A stretch of 64,000 bases of DNA from a bacterium HR37. GTDB taxonomy: Bacteria; Desulfobacterota_D; UBA1144; Nemesobacterales; CSP1-2. The stretch spans positions 6,712 to 70,711 of the forward strand of contig BEIN01000014.1 of assembly GCA_002898375.1 (NCBI GenBank), written 5' to 3'. This document shows, one piece after another, positions 19,790 through 29,536 of this stretch. The notes beneath the pieces were generated by a model. It had not been told where the DNA came from and searched no databases. It saw only the letters and a list, made by a program, of their open reading frames with translations. Positions within the stretch are counted from its first letter, which is position 1. Every line of letters starts with the position of its first letter. The position numbers were made by a program, and so were the translations under genes.

Positions 19790-21097
19790 ATGCCTGTTAA
19801 TCCCTTTAACTTAATAGGGAAAACATTAGAAGGGCAGCTGGTTAAATTTGCCAGACCAGGTGAGGGTTTTCTAACCCATTATCTGGGAAAAAATGTAAAT
19901 CCAGCGGGAAATAATTTCCCTATGGTTCTAAGTCTGATACTGGGTTCAGAGGATGGCACTTTACCTTTTAAACCTCACTCCAGTGCAGTTGAGAGTGGGA
20001 ATTTGCTTTATGGTATAGAACCTCTATCTGATAGTGATACTGAACCAGGTAATGCAGACCTAAAGGTTGTTAGTGATAAAAACCTATATGATATGGTCGG
20101 TATTATTCTGGCAGTGGTAAAAGATTTGGCTAATTTAATACCGGAGTTTATTTCCGGGAAAGCAGAGAACGGGATTGGTCGGAGTACTGTTCTTAATGCA
20201 TCCTTCTCTAATTCTAAACCTGGTACTCAGGATTCTTTCTACAACCAATTGTATCTGCGTGATTCGGGATACGTGGCTTTTTTAGTAGATGGTAGATCCG
20301 GTGGTACACCAACTGCGGAAGAAAGCAGGGGAGGTGGATACGGTTTTTCTGCATATAAGGATGATTTGCTTCAAAGGATATCGAAAAAGGGTTTTTTCAA
20401 AACCGATCCTATCAGTTTTAATGAGAATCCAGATGATTTTAAAAGCTCCTTTTCTGTTACTGAAAGTGGAGAGGATGTTAAAAACAGAGTGTTTTCTGAG
20501 CCTCTATTAAGGGAGGTTAAGCACCCAGACGTTACCAAGGAAGATAGTTCAAAGCCCGGGCTGGATTACTTAAGAAATGAGCCTGTAGATAGGTTAACTT
20601 CTTTAGATTTTTCAGTTTCTAAGCTGACTTCTTCTGATAATGGTAAACAGGAACCCCTTTTACCCAGTGGGTTACACCATTTCTACTCTGGTTCAAATGG
20701 TAAGGTTGATCTTGGTGATGTTAAAAATTTCTTTTCCGTTGCTAAGAGCGGAAAGGAGTTTATTGTAACCCTCGAGCCCGAGGGGCTTGGAAAGCTAAAT
20801 ATACAACTCAGCATGGATCAAGGTTTTATAAATATAAAGATAAATGTATCAAACGGTGTTGTAAAAGCTTTCATTGAGAACAATATCCACAGCATGGTTG
20901 ATTTGCTTCTTAACGATGGAATAAACATCGGAGGTCTCTCAATTAATATTGGGAACGGTAAAAGGAACTGGGATGAGGGTTATGAGTATAGGGCTTTTAG
21001 AGGGAATATAACCATTCCCGGTGTGGAAAGAGTATATGCATCAGGGACCCAGGGTTTTTATCGTGGTTCCAGTGGGCTTGTAAGTATCTTTGTTTAA
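19790..21097 (+). CDS. fliK: flagellar hook-length control protein
   Basis: 435 aa; C-terminal Flg_hook/T3S4 domain LEPEGLGKLNIQLSMDQGFINIKINVSNGVVKAFIENN; upstream of flgD-flgE. Confidence 0.7.
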   Translation: MPVNPFNLIGKTLEGQLVKFARPGEGFLTHYLGKNVNPAGNNFPMVLSLILGSEDGTLPFKPHSSAVESGNLLYGIEPLSDSDTEPGNADLKVVSDKNLYDMVGIILAVVKDLANLIPEFISGKAENGIGRSTVLNASFSNSKPGTQDSFYNQLYLRDSGYVAFLVDGRSGGTPTAEESRGGGYGFSAYKDDLLQRISKKGFFKTDPISFNENPDDFKSSFSVTESGEDVKNRVFSEPLLREVKHPDVTKEDSSKPGLDYLRNEPVDRLTSLDFSVSKLTSSDNGKQEPLLPSGLHHFYSGSNGKVDLGDVKNFFSVAKSGKEFIVTLEPEGLGKLNIQLSMDQGFINIKINVSNGVVKAFIENNIHSMVDLLLNDGINIGGLSINIGNGKRNWDEGYEYRAFRGNITIPGVERVYASGTQGFYRGSSGLVSIFV

Positions 21098-21788
21098 AAG
21101 GAGGAGTCTTATGGAAATCCCAGGTGTAGATATTAATCCCTCTCAGGTACAGACAAACTCAAAAAAACTATCTCCTTCTGATATAAGCCAGGATGAGTTC
21201 CTAACGCTTCTGATAACCCAGCTTCGTTTTCAGGACCCTCTTAATCCCATAAACAATGCAGAATTTACCTCTCAGCTTGCACAGCTTAGTTCCCTGGAGA
21301 AGTTAAATAACATAGATTCTCAGCTAAGGGATTTACTTATTTACCAGAATTCCCTTCAAAATACGCTTGCTGTAAGCCTTATGGGTAGAGAGGTTGAGGC
21401 TCTGGGAGATGAGGTGTATTTAAAAGATCAAGCTGAGATAAACTACACCCTCTCTCAAAACGCCTCAGTTGTAAAGATTTCCATATACGATCTTAACGGA
21501 AAGCTTGTGAGAGAGGTTGAATTAAAGGGACAGCCCTCTGGAAGCAACACCTATGTGTGGGATGGGAAGAGCTCAACGGGAGAAAAACTTCCTGAGGGGA
21601 GGTATGTGTTTACCGTAAGTGCGTTTGATGCACAGGGGCAGGCTATTGATGTAACTACCACAATAAAAGGTGTTATAACGGGTATAACGTTTGAGGACAA
21701 CATAACTTATCTCATAATAGATGATGCTATAAAGGTTCAACTTGGAGATATAAAAACAATTAAAACAGTAAATGAGGGAGGTGTATAG
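21090..21788 (+). CDS. flgD: flagellar hook capping/assembly protein
   Basis: 232 aa; FLTLLITQLRFQDPLNP FlgD N-terminal motif plus Ig-like C-terminal domain. Confidence 0.85.
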   Translation: MFKRRSLMEIPGVDINPSQVQTNSKKLSPSDISQDEFLTLLITQLRFQDPLNPINNAEFTSQLAQLSSLEKLNNIDSQLRDLLIYQNSLQNTLAVSLMGREVEALGDEVYLKDQAEINYTLSQNASVVKISIYDLNGKLVREVELKGQPSGSNTYVWDGKSSTGEKLPEGRYVFTVSAFDAQGQAIDVTTTIKGVITGITFEDNITYLIIDDAIKVQLGDIKTIKTVNEGGV

Positions 21789-21791
21789 AAG

Positions 21792-23090
21792 ATGTTAACA
21801 TCACTTTACACTGCAGTAAGTGGGCTTAGTGCCAATGGGGTACTTCTGTCCGTTATAAGTGATGATATCGCAAATGTAAACACGGTGGGATTTAAAGGGA
21901 GCAGGGTCTATTTCGGCGATGTGTTAAGCCAGATATTAACCGGGATTGCCGGTTCCTCTCAAATAGGACGTGGGGTTCTGGTAAGCAGGGTATCTCCGTT
22001 GTTTACTCAGGGGTCTTTTGAGACCACAACAAGTGCCCTTGACCTTGCTATAGATGGGGATGGCTTCTTTATAGTTAAGTCAGGTGAAGCTGTGTATTAC
22101 ACACGGGCAGGACAGTTTACCCTGGATAAGGAGGGAAACATAGTAAATCCAGACGGTCTTATCCTTCAGGGGTTTCTTGTGGACTCTTCAGGAAAGATAA
22201 GCGGGGAACTTGGGGATCTAAAGATAGCAACCACTCAGAGTCCGGCTAAGATGACCACAATGGTGGATATAGCGGTAAACCTAAATGCGTCGGAAGAGGT
22301 TCTCTCTGATCCTTTTACACTGGATGGTAACGGAGATAGCGTAATGGATGACCCTGCTAACTATAACAGCTCTACGACTGTTACGGTTTACGATTCTCAG
22401 GGAGGTGCACACGAGATAACACTTTACTTCGTTAAAACAGGGGATAACACTTGGGAAGTTCACTATGTTTATGAAGACCCTGCTAATCCGGGACAGTTGA
22501 TTGAAGCCGGTGTTCAGAACTTGAGTTTTAATACAGATGGTTCTCTTAATGATGATGGTAGCAGCACCCCGATAAGTTTTAATTTCGGTACCGCTGTAAC
22601 CTCACCTCAGGATATAACTTTTAATTATGGAACCGGAACCGGTGAATCTCCTCCCGGTAATGGATTTGATGGTACCACTCAGTTTGCATCGGATTTTGCC
22701 GTTTTAAACCTCAGTCAGGACGGGTACGGAGCTGGCTCTCTAAAAAACATAACCATATCACAGGATGGGGTAATATCCGGGGTGTTTACAAATGGTCAAA
22801 CTAGGATCTTGGGACAGGTTGCCCTTGCAAAGTTTGTCTCTCCCTCAGGACTTTTAAAGATAGGAAGAAACCTCTATGCCGAGTCTTTTGACTCTGGACA
22901 ACCCATTGTAGGGGCTCCGGGTACATCTGGTCTTGGAAGGGTTCTTTCAAATACCCTGGAGCTAAGCAATGTTGATCTTGCAGAAGAGTTTGTAAGGATG
23001 ATCTCAGCACAGAGGGCTTTTCAGGCAAATGCAAGAACTATAACGGTTACCGATGAGCTAACTCAGGAACTGGTTAATTTAAGAAGGTAA
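21792..23090 (+). CDS. flgE: flagellar hook protein
   Basis: 432 aa; MLTSLYTAVSGLSANG...DIANVNTVGFKG and C-terminal SNVDLAEEFVRMISAQRAFQAN. Confidence 0.9.
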   Translation: MLTSLYTAVSGLSANGVLLSVISDDIANVNTVGFKGSRVYFGDVLSQILTGIAGSSQIGRGVLVSRVSPLFTQGSFETTTSALDLAIDGDGFFIVKSGEAVYYTRAGQFTLDKEGNIVNPDGLILQGFLVDSSGKISGELGDLKIATTQSPAKMTTMVDIAVNLNASEEVLSDPFTLDGNGDSVMDDPANYNSSTTVTVYDSQGGAHEITLYFVKTGDNTWEVHYVYEDPANPGQLIEAGVQNLSFNTDGSLNDDGSSTPISFNFGTAVTSPQDITFNYGTGTGESPPGNGFDGTTQFASDFAVLNLSQDGYGAGSLKNITISQDGVISGVFTNGQTRILGQVALAKFVSPSGLLKIGRNLYAESFDSGQPIVGAPGTSGLGRVLSNTLELSNVDLAEEFVRMISAQRAFQANARTITVTDELTQELVNLRR

Positions 23091-23100
23091 TAACCGAGAA

Positions 23101-23140
23101 GGGGTGATTCTTAAAGAGTCACCCCGTAGTTTCTTTGGGT
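23101..23140 (+). terminator. rho-independent terminator after flgE
   Basis: GGGGTGA-11 nt loop-TCACCCC followed by a T-rich tract GTAGTTTCTTTGGGTT. Confidence 0.5.
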
Positions 23141-23159
23141 TCATCCTGTAATTTAGGCC

Positions 23160-23186
23160 TAAAGTTTTTCTTTTAAGTTCCGATAA
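23160..23186 (+). promoter_or_regulatory. sigma28 promoter TAAAGTTT-N11-TCCGATAA
   Basis: Near-perfect FliA consensus read directly, ~50 nt upstream of the 23234 ORF heading the REC/HD-GYP/motAB gene string. Confidence 0.6.
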
Positions 23187-23233
23187 TAAAAGTAGCTATC
23201 CGTATGGTTCCTCTAAGGAGAGGTGTAGGGTAA

Positions 23234-23452
23234 ATGAGTGTGTTTTTCCCTCCTAAAATCAACGAACTTTCCAAGATATACAACAGGTACTCAAAGGTTA
23301 AATCATCTTTAGAGAGGCAATCTGTAGTTTCAGATAAGGGTCAGGGAGAATCCAGGGTGGATACTGTAGATATATCTTCGGAAGCTAGGAGAAAACTCGT
23401 TCGCAGTCAGATCAAAGGTGAGGTGCTCGATAGAATCCGAAAAGGAGGGTAG
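23234..23452 (+). CDS. small FlgM-like protein (second putative anti-sigma-28 family member)
   Basis: 72 aa; ESRVDTVDISSEARRKL resembles the FlgM core; immediately downstream of a sigma28 promoter. Confidence 0.3.
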   Translation: MSVFFPPKINELSKIYNRYSKVKSSLERQSVVSDKGQGESRVDTVDISSEARRKLVRSQIKGEVLDRIRKGG

Positions 23453-23453
23453 T

Positions 23454-24035
23454 ATGGAGAAAAAGGACTTTAAGATACTTGTTGTGGATGATGACGATAT
23501 GGTTAGAGAGTTTGTTTCCTCAGTCTTAATCAAGCAAGGATACAGTGTGATTTCGGCAAGGGATGGATTTGATGGGCTCAGAATGCTTCTTATGGTTGAG
23601 GATATAAAGCTGGTTATAACGGATCTCAAGATGCCTGGTGCCAGTGGTATGGATATACTTGAGTATACGCAAAAAAACAATCCTGATATTGCGGTCGTAA
23701 TACTTACAGGTTTTGGCACAATCGAGGATGCCCTTGAGGCTGTTACAAAGGGAGCCTTTGACTATCTAACAAAACCCTTTAAGGTTGAGGAAATTGTGTT
23801 TGTTGCTGAGAAGGCTTTTAAACGGGAAATAATAGTGTGTGAAAACAGAGAATTGAAAAGGATTCTAAGGGATACCTATCGTGATATAGGAACGGTAAGG
23901 GATATAATTAACAGCAACGATGCTGGTGTGGTATCCAGGTGGATGGACAGAATGAACAGGTTAAAGGCTATGAATGTTCTTACCGAATCAGAGATAAAGG
24001 TACTAAGGGAAAAGATTGTAAAGACCAATGCATAA
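23454..24035 (+). CDS. response-regulator receiver protein with ~70 aa C-terminal extension
   Basis: ORF track starts at 23418; likely start is ATG 23454 after SD AAGGAGGG (MEKKDFKILVVDDDD...VITDLKMPGASGMDI...LTKPF). Confidence 0.7.
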   Translation: MEKKDFKILVVDDDDMVREFVSSVLIKQGYSVISARDGFDGLRMLLMVEDIKLVITDLKMPGASGMDILEYTQKNNPDIAVVILTGFGTIEDALEAVTKGAFDYLTKPFKVEEIVFVAEKAFKREIIVCENRELKRILRDTYRDIGTVRDIINSNDAGVVSRWMDRMNRLKAMNVLTESEIKVLREKIVKTNA

Positions 24036-25533
24036 CGGAAAGATACTGATAGTGGATGATGATCCCTTTGTAAGGGAATTCCTCTCTGAGATCCTTTCTG
24101 ATAAAGGCAGTTATGAGGTAGATGTTGCAGTAGATGGATTGGAAGGTCTAGAGAAAATAGGCAGACAGGACTACGATGTTGTTTTTACTGATTTATGTAT
24201 GCCCAGGTTAAATGGTTTTGAGTTTTTAAGGGAGGTCAAAAGACTGGAGCCTGTGTTGCCTGTAGTTGTAATCACAGGGTTTTCAACCATAGAAAATGCG
24301 GTAAATGCCATGAGGGAGGGGGCAAGTGATTTTATAGAGAAACCGTTTCAGGTTGATAAGGTAGTTTCATTAGCGGAAAGATTGGTAAATCAGAAGAGAC
24401 TTTTAGGAGGGCTTACCTCAAAGAAAAGGTATCGTCTTTCCCTGGAGACGCTAAATGCCCAGTTATTTAAAACGCTTCAGGAGATCTCAACCCTGCATAC
24501 TGTAAGTACAGAGCTTGATAACCTATACGATAACTCTGATATATACCGCAGGGTTGTGGAGATGGCTTTAAAGTTACTTCCAGTGCGAGAGGCTTTATTT
24601 GGAATCATTGATGGAAATCGTTTGAAGATAAAGAGCTCCATAGGAGTACCCAATTTTAGGGATGAGATTGAGTTTAGGGGTTCGTACATTGAAAGAGTTG
24701 TTAAGAGCAGAACCCATCTTGTTGTAAAGCCAGGTGAGTTTAATCCTGTTGACAACTCCAGGATTACCTCACCCATCCTGTGTATTCCTATCAATATAAA
24801 TGGTGAGACAATCGGTATATTAAACCTTTCTAATAAACCCGATGGCTCATCCTTTACCGATGATGAGATCCACCTTGCTCTAAATTTTGTTCAAAAAGTT
24901 GGCCTTCGATTGGAAAACAACGCTTTATATGAAACCGTCTATAGCAATCTCATTAACACCTTAAAATCGCTTGTTGCTATAATCGAAGCACGAGATCCCT
25001 ATACCAAACAGCATTCGGAAAGAGTTACTCTCTATTCTTTGGAAATAGCCGAGATGATTGGATTAAGCAACGAAGAGAAAGAGGTCTTAAAATTTGGTGG
25101 TTACCTTCATGATATAGGAAAGATTGGGGTAAGAGACACAATACTTCTTAAACCCGGAAGACTAACACCTGAGGAGATGGCAGAGGTTAGGTTGCATCCG
25201 TTAATAGGTGATCGAATAGTACAACCTGTGCAATTTCTTGAGAAGGAAAGGGAATTGATTCTGTATCATCATGAAAGAATAGATGGAAGGGGTTATCCTT
25301 ACGGATTAAAGGGAGAGGAGATCCCGTTTGTGGTGCGCATACTAAGTGTTGCTGATGCATACGATGCCATGACCTCCTCTAGGGCTTATAGGCCTGCCAA
25401 ACCTCATGAGGTTGCAATTGAGGAGATAAAATACGGTGTAAATACGCAATTTGACAAAGAGGTTGTAAAGGCTTTCTTAAACACGGAGACAGGAAAAGGA
25501 AGAAAGAAAAAGAGAAAAATCTCTGTGGATTAA
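24028..25533 (+). CDS. REC-GAF-HD-GYP response regulator, predicted c-di-GMP phosphodiesterase
   Basis: N-terminal receiver (ILIVDDDPF...VFTDLCMPRLNG), central GAF-like region, HD-GYP motifs YLHDIGKIGV and HHERIDGRGYP. Confidence 0.8.
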   Translation: MHNGKILIVDDDPFVREFLSEILSDKGSYEVDVAVDGLEGLEKIGRQDYDVVFTDLCMPRLNGFEFLREVKRLEPVLPVVVITGFSTIENAVNAMREGASDFIEKPFQVDKVVSLAERLVNQKRLLGGLTSKKRYRLSLETLNAQLFKTLQEISTLHTVSTELDNLYDNSDIYRRVVEMALKLLPVREALFGIIDGNRLKIKSSIGVPNFRDEIEFRGSYIERVVKSRTHLVVKPGEFNPVDNSRITSPILCIPININGETIGILNLSNKPDGSSFTDDEIHLALNFVQKVGLRLENNALYETVYSNLINTLKSLVAIIEARDPYTKQHSERVTLYSLEIAEMIGLSNEEKEVLKFGGYLHDIGKIGVRDTILLKPGRLTPEEMAEVRLHPLIGDRIVQPVQFLEKERELILYHHERIDGRGYPYGLKGEEIPFVVRILSVADAYDAMTSSRAYRPAKPHEVAIEEIKYGVNTQFDKEVVKAFLNTETGKGRKKKRKISVD

Positions 25534-25548
25534 TAGGGAGAAGAAAGA

Positions 25549-26403
25549 ATGTTTACTCTGGTTGGAATAGGTGTCGTTGTGGTTTCTGTTGTGGGAGGTT
25601 ATATACTTGAGCATGGAAATCTAAGCTTGCTTTTCCAGCCGGCAGAGATCGTAATAATATTTGGTGCAGCTATTGGTTCTTTTCTTATCGCTTCACCACC
25701 AAGGGTGATTTCCCTGGTGGTTAAGAACATGATCTCAGTTATTAAGTTAAAGAGCTATACAAAGGAAAACTACCTTGAACTGCTTTCCCTCCTTTATGAG
25801 CTATTTACCAAGGTAAAGAAAGATGGGGTGATATCTATTGAATCTGATATAGAAGACCCAGAGAAAAGTCCTGTATTTACAAAATACAGTGGTATTGTGG
25901 GCAACCATCATGCAGTTGATTTTATATGTGATAACTTTAAGGTCATCATAACAACAAATGTTTCCCCACATGAGCTTGAAAGCCTTATGGACACAGAAAT
26001 AGAGGCCCACTACCATGAATCCATGTTGCCTGCTCGCAGTGTCTCAAAAGTAGCCGATGCTCTTCCGGGACTGGGTATAGTTGCAGCGGTTTTAGGGGTT
26101 ATACTTACAATGGGAAAGATAGACCAGCCCCCTGCTGTGATTGGGCACAGCATAGGAGCTGCACTTGTTGGAACGTTTCTTGGGGTTTTGATGAGCTATG
26201 GATTTGCTGCCCCACTTGCAACTAAGTTTGAGCATATGGCAGATGAGAATAGGGCTTACCTGGAGGTTATAAAGGGAGCATTCGTTGCTTTTGTGGGGGG
26301 AGCAGCGCCACAGATAGCTGTAGAATTCGGTAGAAGGGCTATTCCTGCTAAGGAAAGACCATCATTTAACGAACTGGAGAGGGTTTTAAGGGAAAGAAGA
26401 TGA
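25549..26403 (+). CDS. motA: flagellar motor stator protein MotA
   Basis: 284 aa, 4 TM; LPGLGIVAAVLGVILTMG...HSIGAALVGTFLGVLMSYGF. Confidence 0.85.
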   Translation: MFTLVGIGVVVVSVVGGYILEHGNLSLLFQPAEIVIIFGAAIGSFLIASPPRVISLVVKNMISVIKLKSYTKENYLELLSLLYELFTKVKKDGVISIESDIEDPEKSPVFTKYSGIVGNHHAVDFICDNFKVIITTNVSPHELESLMDTEIEAHYHESMLPARSVSKVADALPGLGIVAAVLGVILTMGKIDQPPAVIGHSIGAALVGTFLGVLMSYGFAAPLATKFEHMADENRAYLEVIKGAFVAFVGGAAPQIAVEFGRRAIPAKERPSFNELERVLRERR

Positions 26404-27314
26404 AAGACGAGAAGATAATCTTTAAAAAGGTAAAGAAGGGGGGGCACCATGGCGACCACGGTGGTAGCTGGAAGGTTGCGTATGCGGATTTTGTTACAGC
26501 CATGATGGCCCTTTTCCTTTGCCTTTGGCTTATAAATATGATAGCTCCTGAGAAAAGAGCAAGGGTAGCTCATTATTTCAGGCACTTTAGCATATTTGAT
26601 CATGGGGGGAAATCCCTAAAAGAAGAATCAAGCAAGATATTTAATGAATCAGGTGAATCCAAGAAAGGTTCTTTTTCTGACTTCGAGGGTATGCTTGAAT
26701 ATCCATATAATGGGAAGCAATCCGATATGGAAAATATGTATTCAAACCAGGGTGAATCTACTTCGAGAGCGGAAGAAATTAAGGAGAATATACGAAGAAC
26801 CATAGAAGCACGGTTTGGAGAGGTAAAGGATCAGGTGCTTATAGAGGTATTTGAAGGAGGGGTTAGAATTCAGCTCGTTGATAAAGAAGGACGACCCATG
26901 TTTGAGCTTGGTTCGTCTAGACCCACTCCGCTTGCGGTAAAGATTCTTGAAGCAATAGCTGAGAATATAAGGTCTCTTCCCTATCCCGTCTCTATTGAGG
27001 GTCATACGGATTCGCTTCCTTACAGATCCTCGACCTATTCGAACTGGGACCTTTCTACAGAAAGGGCCTTGGCTGCTAAAAGGGTCCTTGAGTCTTTTAA
27101 CTTAAATCCTGATCGGCTTGCAAAGATAGCAGGTTATGCTGATAAAATTCCTCTTATAAAAGACAATCCAAGGGATCCCCGAAACAGAAGAATAAGCATA
27201 CTGCTTCTTATACCAAAAGAGGCAGGACCGGGGGCTTTTGATACCATACAGAAAACCCTTACCAGGCCTTATGAAGGCTCTAAGATTAACAAAAAGAACG
27301 AAAACAGTATTTAA
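26400..27314 (+). CDS. motB: flagellar motor stator protein MotB (OmpA-like peptidoglycan-binding C-terminus)
   Basis: WKVAYADFVTAMMALFLCLWL plug/TM with the conserved Asp; C-terminal SIEGHTDSLPY...NWDLSTERA OmpA motif. Confidence 0.8.
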   Translation: MKDEKIIFKKVKKGGHHGDHGGSWKVAYADFVTAMMALFLCLWLINMIAPEKRARVAHYFRHFSIFDHGGKSLKEESSKIFNESGESKKGSFSDFEGMLEYPYNGKQSDMENMYSNQGESTSRAEEIKENIRRTIEARFGEVKDQVLIEVFEGGVRIQLVDKEGRPMFELGSSRPTPLAVKILEAIAENIRSLPYPVSIEGHTDSLPYRSSTYSNWDLSTERALAAKRVLESFNLNPDRLAKIAGYADKIPLIKDNPRDPRNRRISILLLIPKEAGPGAFDTIQKTLTRPYEGSKINKKNENSI

Positions 27315-27324
27315 TTTAAAGAAT

Positions 27325-27720
27325 TTATTGGTTGGATTTAAATTCTAACCTTATTTGAGTCCATGCCTCTTTTAATTCTTTAAGCAGGGTTGTTACATGT
27401 TCTACCTTTGCCGTATCATTCTTTATGTTTGCAGTTGTAAGTTCTTTTATCATATACAGATAGAGTTCTTGTAAGTTTAGTGCTATCTCACCCCCAACCT
27501 CAGTATTTAGGGAGCTTAGGAGTCCCTCTAAAATTGCAATGGCCTTATCTATATACCTTATCTTTCTTTGGATATCTTTTTCTCTTATGGCTTCAACGGC
27601 TTTTCCAAGTGCCTCTATTGAGCTTTCGTAAAGCATTATAATTGGATCCAAGGGGTGTTCTATTGAGCTTATCCTTGTCTGGGTATAAGCGTAAAGAGCC
27701 TGTTGTTTCGAGCAAAGCAT
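27325..27720 (-). CDS. fliS: flagellin-specific chaperone FliS
   Basis: 131 aa four-helix FliS family; downstream of fliD. Confidence 0.8.
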   Translation of the reverse strand: MLCSKQQALYAYTQTRISSIEHPLDPIIMLYESSIEALGKAVEAIREKDIQRKIRYIDKAIAILEGLLSSLNTEVGGEIALNLQELYLYMIKELTTANIKNDTAKVEHVTTLLKELKEAWTQIRLEFKSNQ

Positions 27721-29135
27721 TATTTCTTACCTCCAAGACTGCTTATTTTGTCCATCTGTTGTATCAATTGATTGCTCACTCCTTCGAGTTGGTTTAGGAG
27801 TTTATCAAGGTTTATGAATTTTTGTCTAAGAGCTATCTCGGTCAGTTCGAGTCTTCTTGATAGATCATCTTCTTTTTTCTGAATCCACTTTATACTTTGT
27901 TCCAATCCGTTCTTTCTTACCGGGATGGCTGTGTTTATGTAATCACTAATTACTGTTTCTAGTGAAGATGCCATCTGGTTTATGGTTGCAATAACATCAG
28001 TTTTGCTGTTATCAAGAGAGGTATCAAGCTTTGAGGTATCTAGATTCAGTACACCGTTTTTATCGTGTGTTAGCCCAAATAGATTTAGGGTTTTCCCACC
28101 GTAATTTGTAGTTGTTATGGAACGAAGGGAGTTTTCAAGACTCATAAGTACGGAGTCTCCGCTAAGTGCTCCTTTTTTTTGATTGCTACCTTTTAGGTCT
28201 TTTATCGTGCTTACTAGTTGATTGTATGCTGATACAAAGGAGTTTAGTTTTGTTTTTAGCTTCTCTGAATCTTCTGTAACCGTAAGTACTATTGTGGATG
28301 AGAAGCTATCTCCCTTTTTAATCTCCAAGTTAACCCCTGGAATCAAATCGTTAATCTCATTGCTCGGTCTTGTAACCTCAAGTCCATCTATCTTTAACAC
28401 TGCATCTACTGCTGCCTGCGATTGAGTCATATTTGATATACCACCTGTTACATTGCCATCGGAATCGTATGTGGGATTAAAGGCCAGTTTTGAAAGACCT
28501 GTTAAATCTGTTTCAGATGGTTCTTCGAATACGCCGTTATTATCTTCATCTACTTTAACCGTTATTCTGTTTGATGCGCCGGTTAGTTTGGAAGATAGAA
28601 CCAGCCTGTACCCGTTTCCATCGTTTATTACGGTTGCTCTAACGTCTGAATCTGCACTGTTTATAGCGTCTCTTATTCCTGAGAGTGTGTTGTTGGTAGA
28701 GTCCACCGTTACAGTAATTGGTGTGTTACTGCCAACCTGAATCTGAATCCTCTGTGAACTGAAGGTTGAAAGATCCGCTACCTCCTCCGTTTCGGAAGAA
28801 AATGCTACGGAATATATGCTCTGTGAGGTTGCTACGTTTTTTATCTGGATGTGGTAGGTTCCCTCCGATGCAGAATCAAGAGCCTCAGCACTGAGAAAAT
28901 CTGTGTTGGAGACCGATGCTTTCATCCCCATCAGGTTAGAGCTTTTAAGCTCAGACAGTGTGTTTTTAAGCTCGCTTAGCTTGCTTAAAAGTACACCATA
29001 GGCACTTATCTTTGCCTGATAACTAACCTCTTTCTGCTGGAGTCTGAGCAGGGGTTGCTTCTCTACCTGCATGAGTTTGTCTACTATTGAGTTGATGTCG
29101 ATGCTACCTGATATGTTTATTGGATTTACAGCCAT
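27720..29135 (-). CDS. fliD: flagellar filament cap protein
   Basis: 471 aa; N-terminal IVDKLMQVEKQPLLRLQQKEVSYQAKISAYG FliD motif. Confidence 0.85.
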   Translation of the reverse strand: MAVNPINISGSIDINSIVDKLMQVEKQPLLRLQQKEVSYQAKISAYGVLLSKLSELKNTLSELKSSNLMGMKASVSNTDFLSAEALDSASEGTYHIQIKNVATSQSIYSVAFSSETEEVADLSTFSSQRIQIQVGSNTPITVTVDSTNNTLSGIRDAINSADSDVRATVINDGNGYRLVLSSKLTGASNRITVKVDEDNNGVFEEPSETDLTGLSKLAFNPTYDSDGNVTGGISNMTQSQAAVDAVLKIDGLEVTRPSNEINDLIPGVNLEIKKGDSFSSTIVLTVTEDSEKLKTKLNSFVSAYNQLVSTIKDLKGSNQKKGALSGDSVLMSLENSLRSITTTNYGGKTLNLFGLTHDKNGVLNLDTSKLDTSLDNSKTDVIATINQMASSLETVISDYINTAIPVRKNGLEQSIKWIQKKEDDLSRRLELTEIALRQKFINLDKLLNQLEGVSNQLIQQMDKISSLGGKK

Positions 29136-29150
29136 TTTTGTCTCCTCTAA

Positions 29151-29474
29151 CTAGACCTTTTTACTAAATAGGTTTTCTGTTACCTCTTTTAGTTTTTTTA
29201 CCATCTTTAAGAATTCTTCAGGTGGGATCTGTCTTATAAGTTCTCCTTTCTCATCCAGAATCTTTATTACCACTTCGTTGTCTTCGTTTAAAGCAAAGAC
29301 AGCTCGAAAATCAAAAAGATTGTTCGCAGGAGATTTAAGGTTTTTTTCTTCCTTTTGCTCTTTTGCTCTTGTTTCGTTTACTTTGCCTTTATCCTGTTGA
29401 GCTGCAGTAGCTCTGTTTAGAAATCGATTTTTCTGAAAAATTACCAAATACTGTTTTATATTCTCTATTTTCAT
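29151..29474 (-). CDS. flaG: FlaG family protein
   Basis: 107 aa between fliC and fliD; C-terminal VVIKILDEKGELIRQIPPEEFLKM FlaG motif. Confidence 0.6.
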   Translation of the reverse strand: MKIENIKQYLVIFQKNRFLNRATAAQQDKGKVNETRAKEQKEEKNLKSPANNLFDFRAVFALNEDNEVVIKILDEKGELIRQIPPEEFLKMVKKLKEVTENLFSKKV

Positions 29475-29536
29475 CTTATTGTTACCTAAATCTAAAGGGA
29501 ACCAGGGATAACTTCCCCGGTTCCCTCTAGCTTAGA

